Positions 1 to 10,221 of a stretch of DNA of 64,000 nucleotides are shown piece by piece (position 1 is the first letter of the stretch; each line of letters opens with the position of its first letter). The position numbers were made by a program, and so were the translations under genes. The stretch comes from an uncultured Acidimicrobiia bacterium (GTDB lineage Bacteria; Actinomycetota; Acidimicrobiia; Spongiisociales; ZC4RG35). The stretch lies in the NCBI GenBank assembly GCA_963761985.1, contig CAVXIT010000002.1, positions 18,658 to 82,657 of the forward strand, in the 5' to 3' direction. The notes beneath the pieces were generated by a model. That model was given only the letters and a program-made list of their open reading frames with translations. It made no database searches and was not told where the DNA came from.

Positions 1-55
1 CTGGTTGGCCCGCTTAGCGAGCGGTACCCTGCCCGTCGTCTAACCAGGAGCGTCT

Positions 56-391
56 GTGACCACTCAACCTCCCATTGGGCCACCTCCCGCCAGCCCCTAT
101 CCCTACCCCGAACAAAGCCAGTCGATAACGGTTTTTATCCTCGGGATTCTTTCGATTCTCGTGTGCCAGATTCTCGGGCCGTTCGCCTGGAAGTTTGGCA
201 ACGACGACTTGAAAGCCATCGCCGAAGGACGGCGGCCACCGGAGAACCTCGGACTCGCCCAGGCAGGCCGCATCTGCGGCATCATCGGTACCTGCCTTTT
301 GGGGCTCGCCGTCGCCTTCTTCCTGCTGTGGCTCGTCCTGGTGCTTTTCGGGGTTATGGGAGCGTTCGACGGGTTTTCCCGCGGGCGCTAG
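56..391 (+). CDS. DUF4190-like small membrane protein (Pro-rich N-terminus, two TM segments)
   Basis: ORF track 111 aa; motif GPPPASPYPYPEQ then GILSILVCQILGPFAWKFG and C-terminal hydrophobic helix typical of DUF4190. Confidence 0.5.
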   Translation: MTTQPPIGPPPASPYPYPEQSQSITVFILGILSILVCQILGPFAWKFGNDDLKAIAEGRRPPENLGLAQAGRICGIIGTCLLGLAVAFFLLWLVLVLFGVMGAFDGFSRGR

Positions 392-397
392 CTAGCC

Positions 398-838
398 GTG
401 TGGCGATGTCCCGAGTGTGGACGATCATTCGCCAACCCAAATCAAACCCACACCTGCGCGGCCCTCAAGACTCTCGAAAGCCATTTTGTCGATCGAGATC
501 CTCGGGTGCGCGCGACGTACGACGCCATTGTGGAAGCGCTGAAGTCGATTGGCCCGGTGACAGTGCTGCCGGAGAAGACCCGCATCGCTCTGCAAGTTCG
601 AATGAGCTTTGCTGCGCTGATCCCACGCAAGCGTTGGCTTGACGGGCATCTGGTCCTCGCCCGTCGTATCGGCAGTCCGCGCTTCCGCCGGATCGAGACT
701 TTCTCGCCGCGCAACATCCTGCATGGGTTTCGTCTCGAATCGCCCGACGAGGTCGATCCGGAATTCATCAGCTGGCTGGAAGAGGCCTACCGGGTTGGTG
801 AGCAACGCCATCTGCAAACTCGGCCTACGAAGGATTGA
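398..838 (+). CDS. hypothetical protein with N-terminal CPECG...HTC zinc-ribbon-like motif (DUF5655-like)
   Basis: 146-aa ORF; 3' end overlaps the convergent Mrp gene by 14 bp. Confidence 0.4.
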   Translation: MWRCPECGRSFANPNQTHTCAALKTLESHFVDRDPRVRATYDAIVEALKSIGPVTVLPEKTRIALQVRMSFAALIPRKRWLDGHLVLARRIGSPRFRRIETFSPRNILHGFRLESPDEVDPEFISWLEEAYRVGEQRHLQTRPTKD

Positions 839-1907
839 TCACCAGCTGGGGGTGGTTGCGGACCCGAGGTTTGCGAGCCGCGAGTCCCGCGGCAAGCTGC
901 TCGAAGGCGGCGCCTGCTTCGCTCCCCGGCGCGGCAATCTCCACCGGCAAACCGCGATCGGCGCCCTCTCTCATCGCCGGCAATAGTGGTATCTGGGCGA
1001 AGAGTGGAACCTTGAGCTCGTCGGCCAGAGCTTGTCCGCCGCCTTGTCCGAAAAGCTCGTAACGCTTGCCGTCATCGGCCGTGAACCAGCTCATGTTCTC
1101 GACGACCCCCACCACCTCCTGGTTAACGGTGTCAGCCATCAGCGCCGCCCGGCGAGCAACCCTTTGGGCAGTGGGTTGCGGAGTCGTGACCAAGAGCACC
1201 TGGGCTCGAGGGAGAAACTGGCTCATCGAGATTGCGATGTCGCCGGTCCCGGGAGGCATATCCACGATCAAATAGTCGGGGTTGTCCCAAAAGACATCGG
1301 TCAGGAACTGTTCGATGGCCTTGTGCAGCATCGGTCCTCGCCAAACCACCGCTTTGTCTTCCGGGACGAAGTAATCCATCGACATCGCTTTGATTCCGAA
1401 GGCGAGTGGCGGAATGATGGTTTCGGCCACCACCAGCGGCGTGTGGTGGATGCCCAGCATCTTCGGGATTGAAAAGCCCCAGATGTCAGCGTCGATCACT
1501 CCGACCTTCTTTCCTTGCCGGCTGAGCGCTACGGCCAGGTTGGTCGTGACCGAGGACTTGCCGACACCGCCCTTTCCCGACGAGACGGCGATCACTCTGG
1601 TCGCCGAGCCACTCGCGCCGACCCGAGGGCCGGACCGGTCCACGAGAGTGGTGATGAACGACGTCGCGTCGGACGGGGTCATCGTCTGAAGGTCGATCGC
1701 CAACCGTCCCCCTCCCACCTGTTGCAAACGAGCGCCGAGTTCTTCTGCGAACGGATAACTCGGAAAGGGGATTCGGATCGTCAACCGACCGGCCCCGAGC
1801 AGCCCCTTGTCGAACGATGCCAGGAGACCGAGGTCGGCGAGCGAGCGCCCGAGGGCGGGCTCGATGACCTCACCCAGGGCGCGTTCAAGTTGCTCGGAAT
1901 TGGCCAT
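825..1907 (-). CDS. Mrp/ApbC family Fe-S cluster carrier ATPase (N-terminal DUF59 + P-loop NTPase)
   Basis: Deviant Walker A AVSSGKGGVGKSSVTTNLAVALS; MinD/ParA-like core; 360 aa. Confidence 0.85.
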   Translation of the reverse strand: MANSEQLERALGEVIEPALGRSLADLGLLASFDKGLLGAGRLTIRIPFPSYPFAEELGARLQQVGGGRLAIDLQTMTPSDATSFITTLVDRSGPRVGASGSATRVIAVSSGKGGVGKSSVTTNLAVALSRQGKKVGVIDADIWGFSIPKMLGIHHTPLVVAETIIPPLAFGIKAMSMDYFVPEDKAVVWRGPMLHKAIEQFLTDVFWDNPDYLIVDMPPGTGDIAISMSQFLPRAQVLLVTTPQPTAQRVARRAALMADTVNQEVVGVVENMSWFTADDGKRYELFGQGGGQALADELKVPLFAQIPLLPAMREGADRGLPVEIAAPGSEAGAAFEQLAAGLAARKPRVRNHPQLVINPS

Positions 1908-1957
1908 GATTCTCCCGACAAAAGTGGGTAAAAGGCACCAGAACTATAGTTTCGGGG

Positions 1958-2677
1958 GTGGTGCTCTCCGACTACGACCAGCTCGATCGCAACATCGAAG
2001 GTCTGGCGGCGGCCCTCGGCGATCCGACCCGGCGCGGCATCTACATGGCCCTACGCGCGTCAGCCGAGCCTCTCACCAGCACCCAGATAGCCGAGCTCTT
2101 CTCGATCCACACCAACGTCGCCCGCCACCACCTGGACAAGCTCGCGGCAGAGGGATACGTCCGCATCAGCGGACGGAAAGGTGGCCGAACCGGTCGTCCT
2201 CCCAAGGGCTACGAAGTGTCTCCGAAGACCATCGCCATCCATCCGGGACGCCGCTATGACCTGTTGGTCGAGCTGTTGGTGCGAGTCCTCAATCGGGTTC
2301 GCCCGTCTGATCTGGCCCTCGTGGCCGAGGAAGTGGGGCGCGAATATGGCGCGGAGCTCGTGGGGACGCTCGGCACTCCCACCGAACCGGGATATGAAGA
2401 AGCCGTTGCTGCGTTGGCGAGAGTGATGGGCGGAGTGGGCTTCGAGATCCGGATCGGGCCGGACGGGGATCGTTTGATGACGAGCCACTGCCCCTTCGGC
2501 GCGGCGGCCACCGATCACCCCGAGGTCATTTGTTCGCTCGACCGGGGAATGGTGGCGGGGATCATGGGGGTTCTCCATCAGGAGTGCCGGCCCGTGCTCA
2601 TCCCTCACCGCGACCTCGACTCGGATTGCGTCACCGAGGTCCCGGTCAACATCTCGATCCGAGGCTCGCTCGTATGA
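1958..2677 (+). CDS. ArsR-like wHTH transcriptional regulator with Cys/His-rich C-terminal domain
   Basis: N-terminal [51 protein letters not shown]; C-terminal [11 protein letters not shown]...EVICSLD...HQEC; stop overlaps the aconitase ATG (ATGA). Confidence 0.6.
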   Translation: MVLSDYDQLDRNIEGLAAALGDPTRRGIYMALRASAEPLTSTQIAELFSIHTNVARHHLDKLAAEGYVRISGRKGGRTGRPPKGYEVSPKTIAIHPGRRYDLLVELLVRVLNRVRPSDLALVAEEVGREYGAELVGTLGTPTEPGYEEAVAALARVMGGVGFEIRIGPDGDRLMTSHCPFGAAATDHPEVICSLDRGMVAGIMGVLHQECRPVLIPHRDLDSDCVTEVPVNISIRGSLV

Positions 2678-5622
2678 AGAAACACACAAGCTTGTCCACT
2701 CCTCTCGGTGAGCGCCAGATTGCGGCGATGCCTGAAGGGATCGATCACCTCCCCTATTCGATCAAGGTTCTGCTCGAAGCTGCGATTAGACACGTCGATG
2801 GCGAACTGGTGCATGACGCCGACATTGATCGCATCCTGACCTATCGGGCGACCACCGTCGGCGAGGTCGAGATTCCGTTCATCCCTGGCCGCGTTGTGCT
2901 CCAGGACTTCACCGGAGTCCCGGCCATTGTCGACCTCGCCGCGATGCGAGCCGCGATCGTCCGCATGACCGGCGACGAAAGCTCCGCTGCCAAAGTCAAC
3001 CCTGGCGTGCCCTGTGACCTGGTGATCGACCACTCGGTGCAGGTCGATGCGTTCAACCGCCCGGATGCGCTCCTCATCAACAGCCGGAAAGAATTCGAAC
3101 GCAACCAGGAGCGATATGAGTTCCTGAAGTGGGGCCAGCAGGCATTTGCCAACTTCAGGGTCGTCCCCCCGGCAACAGGGATCGTCCATCAGGTCAACCT
3201 CGAGTATCTGGCCAAAGTGGTTTGGGACGACGGCACTTGGCTCTATCCCGACTCACTGGTCGGAACGGATTCCCACACCACCATGATCAACGGATTGGGG
3301 GTGGTCGGCTGGGGGGTAGGCGGAATCGAAGCCGAGGCGGCGATGCTTGGCCAGCCGATCTCGATGCTCCTGCCCGAGGTGGTTGGTTTCCGGCTGGATG
3401 GAAGGCTGGCCGAGGGTGCCACTGCCACCGACCTCGTGCTCCGGGTTACCGAGATGCTTCGCACCCACGGAGTCGTCGGCAAGTTCGTTGAATTCTACGG
3501 ACCGGGCCTCGACGACATGCCCGTCGCCAACCGGGCCACGATCGCCAACATGGCGCCCGAGTACGGAGCCACGATCGGATTCTTCCCGGTCGATCGCCAG
3601 ACCATTGAATACCTTCGGTTCACCGGACGTCCCGACGACCTCGTCGAAGCCGTCGAGTTCTATTACCGCCAGCAGGGTCTCTGGCGCGACAACGCACACC
3701 CCACCGTTTACAGCTCCACCCTCGAGCTCGACCTCAGCTCGGTCCGACCCGCCCTGGCCGGTCCGCGCCGCCCACAGGATCGAATCGATCTCGACCAGAT
3801 GCAGACTACGTGGCGAGAGCAGCGACGAACCGTTTATGAGCGCACCGGCGCGGTGACGACTCCACAAATAAGCGGATCCGAGGGGACGTTCACCCTCACC
3901 GACGGGGACGTCGTCATCGCGGCGATCACCTCGTGCACGAACACCTCCAACCCTGATGTGATGGTTGCCGCCGGTTTGGTGGCCCGCAACGCGCGCGCCA
4001 AGGGCCTTAACCGCAAGCCGTGGGTGAAGACCTCGCTCGCTCCTGGTTCCCAGGTCGTGACCGAATATTTGAAGAAAGCGGAACTCCTCGATGACCTCGA
4101 GGCAACTGGCTTTTACATCGTCGGCTATGGATGCACCACGTGCATCGGCAACTCCGGGCCCCTGCCGGAAGAGATCTCGGCGGCGATCAACGAATGCGGG
4201 CTCGTTGCAGCTTCCGTCCTCTCCGGGAACCGGAACTTCGAAGGCCGGATCTCACCTGATGTTCGGGCGAACTACCTGGCTTCACCTCCTCTGGTAGTGG
4301 CCTATGCACTGGCCGGGACGGTCGACTGGGACCCGCTCACAGAGCCCATCCCAGGTTCGGGAGTAATGCTTTCCGACCTCTGGCCAACGCAAGAGGAAAT
4401 CGTGCGAGTGGTCGCGGAGTCGGTGAACCGCGGGCAATTCACCCAGCAATATGCCGACGTCTTCACCGGGTCTGACGAGTGGCGACAGATCACGACATCA
4501 ACCGGGAAGCTTTACGACTGGCGGCCCGACTCGACCTATGTCCAGGAGCCACCGTTTTTTCAGGCGATGGCCGACTCGTCTACTCCGTTGTCCCCGATCA
4601 GCGGGATGAGGGTGCTGGCGATGCTCGGGGACTCGGTGACGACCGATCACATCAGCCCGGCGGGCTCGATCAAGACCGATTCCCCTGCAGGCCGCTATTT
4701 GATCGAGCACGGTGTGCAGCCGGCACTGTTCAACTCTTTTGGCTCGCGCCGCGGGAACGATCGGGTGATGACGCGGGGAACCTTTGCCAATGTCCGCGTC
4801 CGCAACCTCCTCGCTCCGGGGACGGAAGGTGGCTGGACCACCGATCTCCTCAGCGGCGAGGTGAAGAGCGTCTACGACGCGGCGCTTGCCTACCAGGCCG
4901 CCGGGGTGCCACTGCTGGTCCTGGCGGGTAAGGACTACGGCATGGGCTCTTCGCGCGACTGGGCGGCCAAGGGAACTTTCTTGCTCGGGGTCAAAGTGGT
5001 CCTGGCCGAGAGTTTCGAGCGCATCCACCGGTCCAACCTGGTGATGATGGGCGTCGTTCCGATCGCGTACCGGGCCGGGGAGAGCGCCATTTCGCACGGC
5101 CTCGATGGGACCGAGTCGTTTTATCTACCGCTCGACAACAACCTGCAGCCTCGCCAGGAAATGATCCTCACTGCGACCAGCAGCACGGGCGAGGCGAAGG
5201 AGATTCCGGTCACCGTCCGAGTCGATACTCCGATCGAGATCGACTACCTCCGCCACGGCGGCATCCTCCACTACGTGCTCCGGCAGATGGCCTCCGAGCC
5301 TCTAGCCGACGGCGCCGCCAGAGTCGAGGAGGGTGCCCGCCCACTCGAAGAGGAAATAGAGGACGACCAGGGCGGCCAGGGCACCGACGGTCCAGGCGAT
5401 GATCCGCCCCGTCCGGCTCATGCCGCCGGCCGAAGAGTCAAAGCCGTCAACGCGGACACATACTCGAGGTTTGGTCCTTCGATGAGTTCGGCCTGGATGA
5501 TCAATCGCTCCGCTGCGGAAAACTTGGGGTTGCAAGTGGTCAAGGTGAGCCAGGCACCATCGATAGGTTCGGTCACCCAGACATCCGTAGGCGCCACAAC
5601 GATGATCTGGCGGATGGCGTAA
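2674..5622 (+). CDS. acn: aconitate hydratase A (aconitase)
   Basis: ATG at 2674 ([13 protein letters not shown]...); full aconitase domains; canonical C-terminus [14 protein letters not shown] near 5290 followed by an atypical low-complexity extension to 5622. Confidence 0.93.
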   Translation: MKKHTSLSTPLGERQIAAMPEGIDHLPYSIKVLLEAAIRHVDGELVHDADIDRILTYRATTVGEVEIPFIPGRVVLQDFTGVPAIVDLAAMRAAIVRMTGDESSAAKVNPGVPCDLVIDHSVQVDAFNRPDALLINSRKEFERNQERYEFLKWGQQAFANFRVVPPATGIVHQVNLEYLAKVVWDDGTWLYPDSLVGTDSHTTMINGLGVVGWGVGGIEAEAAMLGQPISMLLPEVVGFRLDGRLAEGATATDLVLRVTEMLRTHGVVGKFVEFYGPGLDDMPVANRATIANMAPEYGATIGFFPVDRQTIEYLRFTGRPDDLVEAVEFYYRQQGLWRDNAHPTVYSSTLELDLSSVRPALAGPRRPQDRIDLDQMQTTWREQRRTVYERTGAVTTPQISGSEGTFTLTDGDVVIAAITSCTNTSNPDVMVAAGLVARNARAKGLNRKPWVKTSLAPGSQVVTEYLKKAELLDDLEATGFYIVGYGCTTCIGNSGPLPEEISAAINECGLVAASVLSGNRNFEGRISPDVRANYLASPPLVVAYALAGTVDWDPLTEPIPGSGVMLSDLWPTQEEIVRVVAESVNRGQFTQQYADVFTGSDEWRQITTSTGKLYDWRPDSTYVQEPPFFQAMADSSTPLSPISGMRVLAMLGDSVTTDHISPAGSIKTDSPAGRYLIEHGVQPALFNSFGSRRGNDRVMTRGTFANVRVRNLLAPGTEGGWTTDLLSGEVKSVYDAALAYQAAGVPLLVLAGKDYGMGSSRDWAAKGTFLLGVKVVLAESFERIHRSNLVMMGVVPIAYRAGESAISHGLDGTESFYLPLDNNLQPRQEMILTATSSTGEAKEIPVTVRVDTPIEIDYLRHGGILHYVLRQMASEPLADGAARVEEGARPLEEEIEDDQGGQGTDGPGDDPPRPAHAAGRRVKAVNADTYSRFGPSMSSAWMINRSAAENLGLQVVKVSQAPSIGSVTQTSVGATTMIWRMA
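5302..5421 (-). CDS. candidate 39-aa single-TM protein translationally coupled (ATGA) to the sortase stop
   Basis: [39 protein letters not shown]; its ATG (5421..5419) overlaps the sortase TGA (5420..5418); antisense to the aconitase 3' extension. Confidence 0.3.
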   Translation of the reverse strand: MSRTGRIIAWTVGALAALVVLYFLFEWAGTLLDSGGAVG

Positions 5623-6122
5623 AGGTTGGCGCCGAGCGCGGTCTCAACCGTGATGATATCCCCCACCACCATCTGGTCGAGGTCGAAGAATGGGCGGCCG
5701 TAGGTCGTGCGATGGCCGCTGATCACCGCGTTGCCGGGCTGACCAGGGAGCGGAGTCTCGGGCATATGACCAGGCCCGAGCTGCAGGGTATCCCGGTCCA
5801 CGCCTTCGAACAGAACCGCATCGAGGCCGATCTTGTCGATCACGATCCGACCGAAAGGAGCCCCGACCGACGCCGCCGGCTCAATCAACAGATTTGGCAA
5901 CAACTCCGGCGGAACTTCCACCTGGCCGGCGGTCGTGGTTGGCGACACCGTTTGGATTTCCCGGCGCCGGGCGTCAAGCGTTTCTTCCAGCTCCACCGAC
6001 GCTTCGCGCTGGGAGCGGGCGTTGAAGAAGTCGGTGACGAACAGCTGGTAGATCAGGAAAAGGGTGACGAGGCCGGCGAGGCCGAGCAGTGACCAACCTG
6101 TCAACCGCAGGAATTTCCGCAC
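5418..6122 (-). CDS. class E sortase (transpeptidase)
   Basis: N-terminal TM anchor; catalytic His (ISGHRTTYG); TLTTCNP active-site Cys motif; conserved Arg in AAERLII. Confidence 0.8.
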   Translation of the reverse strand: MRKFLRLTGWSLLGLAGLVTLFLIYQLFVTDFFNARSQREASVELEETLDARRREIQTVSPTTTAGQVEVPPELLPNLLIEPAASVGAPFGRIVIDKIGLDAVLFEGVDRDTLQLGPGHMPETPLPGQPGNAVISGHRTTYGRPFFDLDQMVVGDIITVETALGANLYAIRQIIVVAPTDVWVTEPIDGAWLTLTTCNPKFSAAERLIIQAELIEGPNLEYVSALTALTLRPAA

Positions 6123-6144
6123 CCGGGTCAGGCTACCCGAGGTC

Positions 6145-6906
6145 TCAACTCCAATTGGGAGACCGTTTTTCGGCGAAGGCGGTTAATCCTTCGCGAGCAT
6201 CGGCGGTGAGTGTCACCGCGGTCAGGCCGTTCTGGAGAAGGTCCAGGGCGGAATCTGCATCCAGCCCACTGAGGGCGTTGAACGTCGTCCGTCCCAGCGC
6301 GATGGCGGCCGGGCTCCGAGCCGACAGTGCGTCCACAGTTTCGGTGACGACCGCGTCGAGCTCCTCCCGGCTGACGACCCTGCTGACCAGACCTAGCCGC
6401 AGAGCCTCCTCCGGATCGATCAACCGACCGCTGGCCATGAGCTCGTAGACGGATTTGGGCGAGGCCGCCCGGAGCAGCGGCACGCTAATCATCATCGGCC
6501 AGAGCCCTACTCCAACCTCGGGCATCCCGAGCCGGGCGTCGGCGACGCAAATAGTGATGTCGCACGCCACCGCCAGACCAAGTCCGCCGGCAAGTGCGTG
6601 ACCGTTGACTCGGGCAATCGTGGTCTTGTCGCCGTTCCACATCGCCCGGAAGAGGTCGGCGATCGCACCCCGGGTGCGGTGCAACCCGATGGGGTCGTCG
6701 AAGAATCCAGCGGCAAGATCCCCACCCGCGGAGAAAGCCTGCTCGCCCGCACCGGTGATGACAATGCACCTCACCGCGGGGTCGGCGTTCGCCTCTTGGG
6801 TGAAGCGCAGGAGGCTCTCCACGGTGGGTGCGCTCAAGGGATTCCGTCGCTCGGGCTCGTCGATGGTGATCGTCGCCCGGGTTCCATCTATGTCAAATTT
6901 CACCAT
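6145..6906 (-). CDS. enoyl-CoA hydratase/isomerase (crotonase) family protein
   Basis: Crotonase motifs ITGAGEQAFSAGGDL and MISVPLL; ATG at 6906 (MVKFDIDG). Confidence 0.8.
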   Translation of the reverse strand: MVKFDIDGTRATITIDEPERRNPLSAPTVESLLRFTQEANADPAVRCIVITGAGEQAFSAGGDLAAGFFDDPIGLHRTRGAIADLFRAMWNGDKTTIARVNGHALAGGLGLAVACDITICVADARLGMPEVGVGLWPMMISVPLLRAASPKSVYELMASGRLIDPEEALRLGLVSRVVSREELDAVVTETVDALSARSPAAIALGRTTFNALSGLDADSALDLLQNGLTAVTLTADAREGLTAFAEKRSPNWS

Positions 6907-6941
6907 CTGGCGCACAACCCTCCGTGTGATACCGTCGGCCG

Positions 6942-7526
6942 ATGCTATGGCTGGTGATGGTCTTGTTCCTGTCCATGGCAATCGCAATCCTTCGCGGCGG
7001 CCGGTTGTCGAATTTGGGCGACATCCACCTTCGTCTTTGGTGGCTGCTTCCGCTCGGATTCGCGATGCAGTTTGCCGCCCGCTTCGTGCCTCCGCAGCGG
7101 TCGGGCCTCGGAGTCGGCCTCATCCTCGCCAGCTACGTCCCGCTCGTGATCTTGGTCCTGCTGAATCGTGATCGGCCCGGGCTTTGGTTGGCAGGCTTCG
7201 GCGTTTTGATGAACTTCACGGTCATCCTGATCAACGGAGGCATGCCGGTGCTCGCAGAAGCCGCTGAGGTTGCCTCGGGATTCGCGTCGGGCGATCCGGT
7301 GATCGCCGACAGCTACAAGCACGTCGTCCTCAATCGCGATTCGTTGCTGCCGTTCCTGGCCGATGTGATTCCAATCCGCATCGCCAACTACGGTCAGGTG
7401 CTTTCTCTCGGTGACGTCTTTCTCGCCGTTGGACTCGGACGCTTCATCGAGTTCGAATTGCGCCGACCAGTTCGTTGGTTCAAGCGAGGCGCGCGAGCTG
7501 AAGCGGGGAGCGCGTCGCGCCTCTAA
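6942..7526 (+). CDS. DUF5317 family polytopic membrane protein
   Basis: 194-aa hydrophobic ORF MLWLVMVLFLSMAIAILRGGRLSNLGD... Confidence 0.5.
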   Translation: MLWLVMVLFLSMAIAILRGGRLSNLGDIHLRLWWLLPLGFAMQFAARFVPPQRSGLGVGLILASYVPLVILVLLNRDRPGLWLAGFGVLMNFTVILINGGMPVLAEAAEVASGFASGDPVIADSYKHVVLNRDSLLPFLADVIPIRIANYGQVLSLGDVFLAVGLGRFIEFELRRPVRWFKRGARAEAGSASRL

Positions 7527-8848
7527 GCGGGCGACGGGTCAAACGCCTTTCGGCGTTCGAGCACCTGCCGCAACACCGCGATCACGGTCGGGTCGAAATC
7601 GTAAGCCGCACCCTGATGCAAAACCTCGATTGCCTGTAGGGGGGAGAGCTGGCGTCCAACCACGAGGTTGTCATACGAGCTCGCCGCGCGCACGACCTTG
7701 GAAACAACTGAGATGCTGGGATCGCTCTGCTCCCCCGGCTTGCGATACGGCTCGTGCAGCCGACGCACGTGCTCGGCGATTGGAGTCAACGAAGGCGCCT
7801 CGCTGATGATCTCGGCGCCCCAACGCGCAATGTCGTCATCGGTATAGCCGAGACGGAGAATTGCTGGCTCGGTAAGAGTGATGCGGCCGATGTCATGCAT
7901 GAGCGACGCGTATTCGAGATCTTCCAGCTCACGGCGGCCCAGGCCCAAGTCATACCCGACTTCTTGCGCGAGAGCGGCGGTTCGATCCGCGTGGCCTTCA
8001 ACCCCGAGGCCGGCCACCTCAGGAATTCGAGCCAGCGCCCTGATCGTCTGCCGGTAAGTGCGCTTGATGGTGGCAAATCGCCCGAAAGCACTGCGGGCAA
8101 ACAGAAACGGGAGGCCGGCGACACCGAGGGCCCAGGGGCCGATTTCCCGTGCGGCCAGGGCGAAAAGGGCTCCGGTGGCGACCAAGCTCACAAAGACATT
8201 GAGGTCGCCGACCATGCCGACGAGACTCGAATCAACGCTGTAGGGCGAGCGCCGCTCGATGATCATTGCGGCGACCAGGATCAGGAGCCAGGCTGTGGCG
8301 CCAACGGTAAGCGGGAGCATTACCCGCCAGCCGAGCTCGATTTCTTGGACCGCGGGTTGAGGCAGCACCCACGCAAAAACCAGCACATAAGCCGTCATCG
8401 ACACTATGCGGGCGATGAAGTGGTGGGCGACATTCATCGCCCCGCGAAACAGCAGAATGACCAGGCCGAGCGCGAACCCGAGAGCTACGACCGCCATGCA
8501 CGAACCGAGGTCGACTGATTCGCCATTGCCGAAATAGATCGGCGCCGCGGCCGCGATCGCAACACCGAACCCGAACCAGCGATCGCCTTGAGCCGGTACC
8601 CGGATTTGGGTCGCCACGGCCATGACCAGCACTCCTCCGGCCAGGACCAATATTGAAGCCCGGGCGAAGCCCAAACCGATCGCTCCAATCGCAACGGCGC
8701 CGGCGAGGGTGATCAGAATCTGAACTACTGCCTTAGACCGATTCAATAACCGCTCCTTGCTCGGCAAGGCGACGGGCGAGCTCATCGTCGTCGAGTTGCT
8801 TCGATCCATATGTCTCGCCCACGCGCGCCAGGCTGCGCTGCAATGCAT
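7523..8848 (-). CDS. membrane protein with degenerate HD-GYP-like domain (HAD...HD, no GYP motif)
   Basis: N-terminal polytopic region; C-terminal VEGHADRTAALAQEV...YASLMHDIGRI but HEPYRKPGEQ replaces the HHExxDGxGYP motif. Confidence 0.6.
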   Translation of the reverse strand: MHCSAAWRAWARHMDRSNSTTMSSPVALPSKERLLNRSKAVVQILITLAGAVAIGAIGLGFARASILVLAGGVLVMAVATQIRVPAQGDRWFGFGVAIAAAAPIYFGNGESVDLGSCMAVVALGFALGLVILLFRGAMNVAHHFIARIVSMTAYVLVFAWVLPQPAVQEIELGWRVMLPLTVGATAWLLILVAAMIIERRSPYSVDSSLVGMVGDLNVFVSLVATGALFALAAREIGPWALGVAGLPFLFARSAFGRFATIKRTYRQTIRALARIPEVAGLGVEGHADRTAALAQEVGYDLGLGRRELEDLEYASLMHDIGRITLTEPAILRLGYTDDDIARWGAEIISEAPSLTPIAEHVRRLHEPYRKPGEQSDPSISVVSKVVRAASSYDNLVVGRQLSPLQAIEVLHQGAAYDFDPTVIAVLRQVLERRKAFDPSPA

Positions 8849-10127
8849 CGATCACATCTGGATCGAACTGCGTGCCCGCATTTCGGCGCAGCTCACCGAG
8901 GGCATAGGTCTGCGTGAGCGCCATGCGATAGCTCCTGGTTGAGGTCATCGCGTCGAATGCGTCGGCGACCGCCAGGATCGAGCTCTCCATACTCGGAGGT
9001 AAGCCTTTGCGATGACCGCTGCCCCCGTAGCCGTTTCCGTCGTAGTGGGAGTGATGACCGGAGGCGATCTCAACCATCGGTTCGAGGAATTCGACCTCGG
9101 CGAGGATCTCCTCAACCATATGGGCGTGGGTCTGCATTTCTTCGTACTCGTCGCCCGTCAAGCGCCCCTTTTTTCGAATCAGCTCGGCGGGCACAGCGAG
9201 CTTGCCGACATCGTGAATCAAGGCGGCCCAGCGGAGCCGCTCGAGCTGCGTGCCGGAGAAATGCAACTCCTCACCAATCAATTGGGCGAAGTAGGCCACC
9301 CGTTCGGTATGACCCCGGGTGTAAAGGTCCTTCGCCTCGAGTGCCTTGATAAACCCTCGCAAGGTCGCCTCGTGCGCCTCGCGTAGCTGGCTGAACGAGG
9401 ACAGCGAGAGGTGGCCGATCAAATAGACAATCAAAATCAGCGGAGTCACCGCAGGCTGAGCAAGGAACATCGTTGCACCCAAAAGTCCCCCGACGACGCC
9501 CATAACAAGGAGGGAGGCGAGGACGGTCGGCATCTGTGACCACGGAAGAACGTCCCGCTTGCGATACACCAACCGGACAGCGACCAGAACCAGCTGCCAG
9601 TTGATGAGCGTGTAAGCAAGTGATGCAAGTGTGCCGGCGAGGGCTATCGCAGCCAGGTCATTGCGAGTAGCAACCCCCACATTGCGCAACCCAATGTCGA
9701 GGATTAGGCCTGCCGTCGCCGCGGCGACAGTCAATTGACCAAAGTTGGCGATCGGCTGGAACCAGCGCCGCTCCCGAATGTCCTGGGCGACCAGGGGTCC
9801 GAGGGCGGCGATCGCAGCCATCCCGAGCGCGGCGGAGTTGCCTTCCAGAGCAAAAACGACACCAGCAGTCAGAGCCACCATCACTGAAGAGCTTTGGAAC
9901 AGCCGGTCATTGACCTCGACCGAATTGAATTCGAGAACTACAAACGCCGTGGCAAAAAGGACAAACCTCCAAAACGACGGGAACCGCCCGTCGAAGGCGA
10001 TGAGGGCGGCGAGAGTTAAGAGGCCCGAAATTGAATAGGCGAGCCCCAGAGTGAAGCGGCGTTTGACAAGTCCGGTCATTGATTGGTAGGAGGGTTTTAG
10101 CGGTAAGGCCGGGGAAACCGACGGCAT
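8733..10127 (-). CDS. membrane-anchored HD-GYP c-di-GMP phosphodiesterase-like protein
   Basis: GHTERVAYFAQL...LIHDVGKLAVP...GHHSHYDGNGYGG (HD plus GYG variant of GYP); N-terminal multi-TM domain. Confidence 0.75.
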   Translation of the reverse strand: MPSVSPALPLKPSYQSMTGLVKRRFTLGLAYSISGLLTLAALIAFDGRFPSFWRFVLFATAFVVLEFNSVEVNDRLFQSSSVMVALTAGVVFALEGNSAALGMAAIAALGPLVAQDIRERRWFQPIANFGQLTVAAATAGLILDIGLRNVGVATRNDLAAIALAGTLASLAYTLINWQLVLVAVRLVYRKRDVLPWSQMPTVLASLLVMGVVGGLLGATMFLAQPAVTPLILIVYLIGHLSLSSFSQLREAHEATLRGFIKALEAKDLYTRGHTERVAYFAQLIGEELHFSGTQLERLRWAALIHDVGKLAVPAELIRKKGRLTGDEYEEMQTHAHMVEEILAEVEFLEPMVEIASGHHSHYDGNGYGGSGHRKGLPPSMESSILAVADAFDAMTSTRSYRMALTQTYALGELRRNAGTQFDPDVIDALQRSLARVGETYGSKQLDDDELARRLAEQGAVIESV

Positions 10128-10131
10128 TGCA

Positions 10132-10221
10132 TCAGCCGATCTTGAGAGAGGCGGAACCCGCCATGATCATCGCTGCCAGGCTTCCCAGGGAGGCAATGAC
10201 CTTCAACAGCTTGCCCTTCAT
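10132..10221 (-). CDS. candidate 29-aa hydrophobic leader peptide upstream of the HD-GYP gene
   Basis: MKGKLLKVIASLGSLAAMIMAGSASLKIG; SD-like AAGGTGA about 6 nt upstream of ATG; stop 4 nt before the HD-GYP ATG. Confidence 0.3.
   Translation of the reverse strand: MKGKLLKVIASLGSLAAMIMAGSASLKIG

Noticed and set aside
163-1472. Numerous overlapping 60-160-aa ORFs in alternative frames (for example 163..642, 425..817, 1032..1472), and similar ones throughout the window
   Set aside because: These are typical high-GC out-of-frame ORFs. They are Arg/Pro/Ala-rich, have no motifs, and are fully embedded in well-supported genes on the same or opposite strand.
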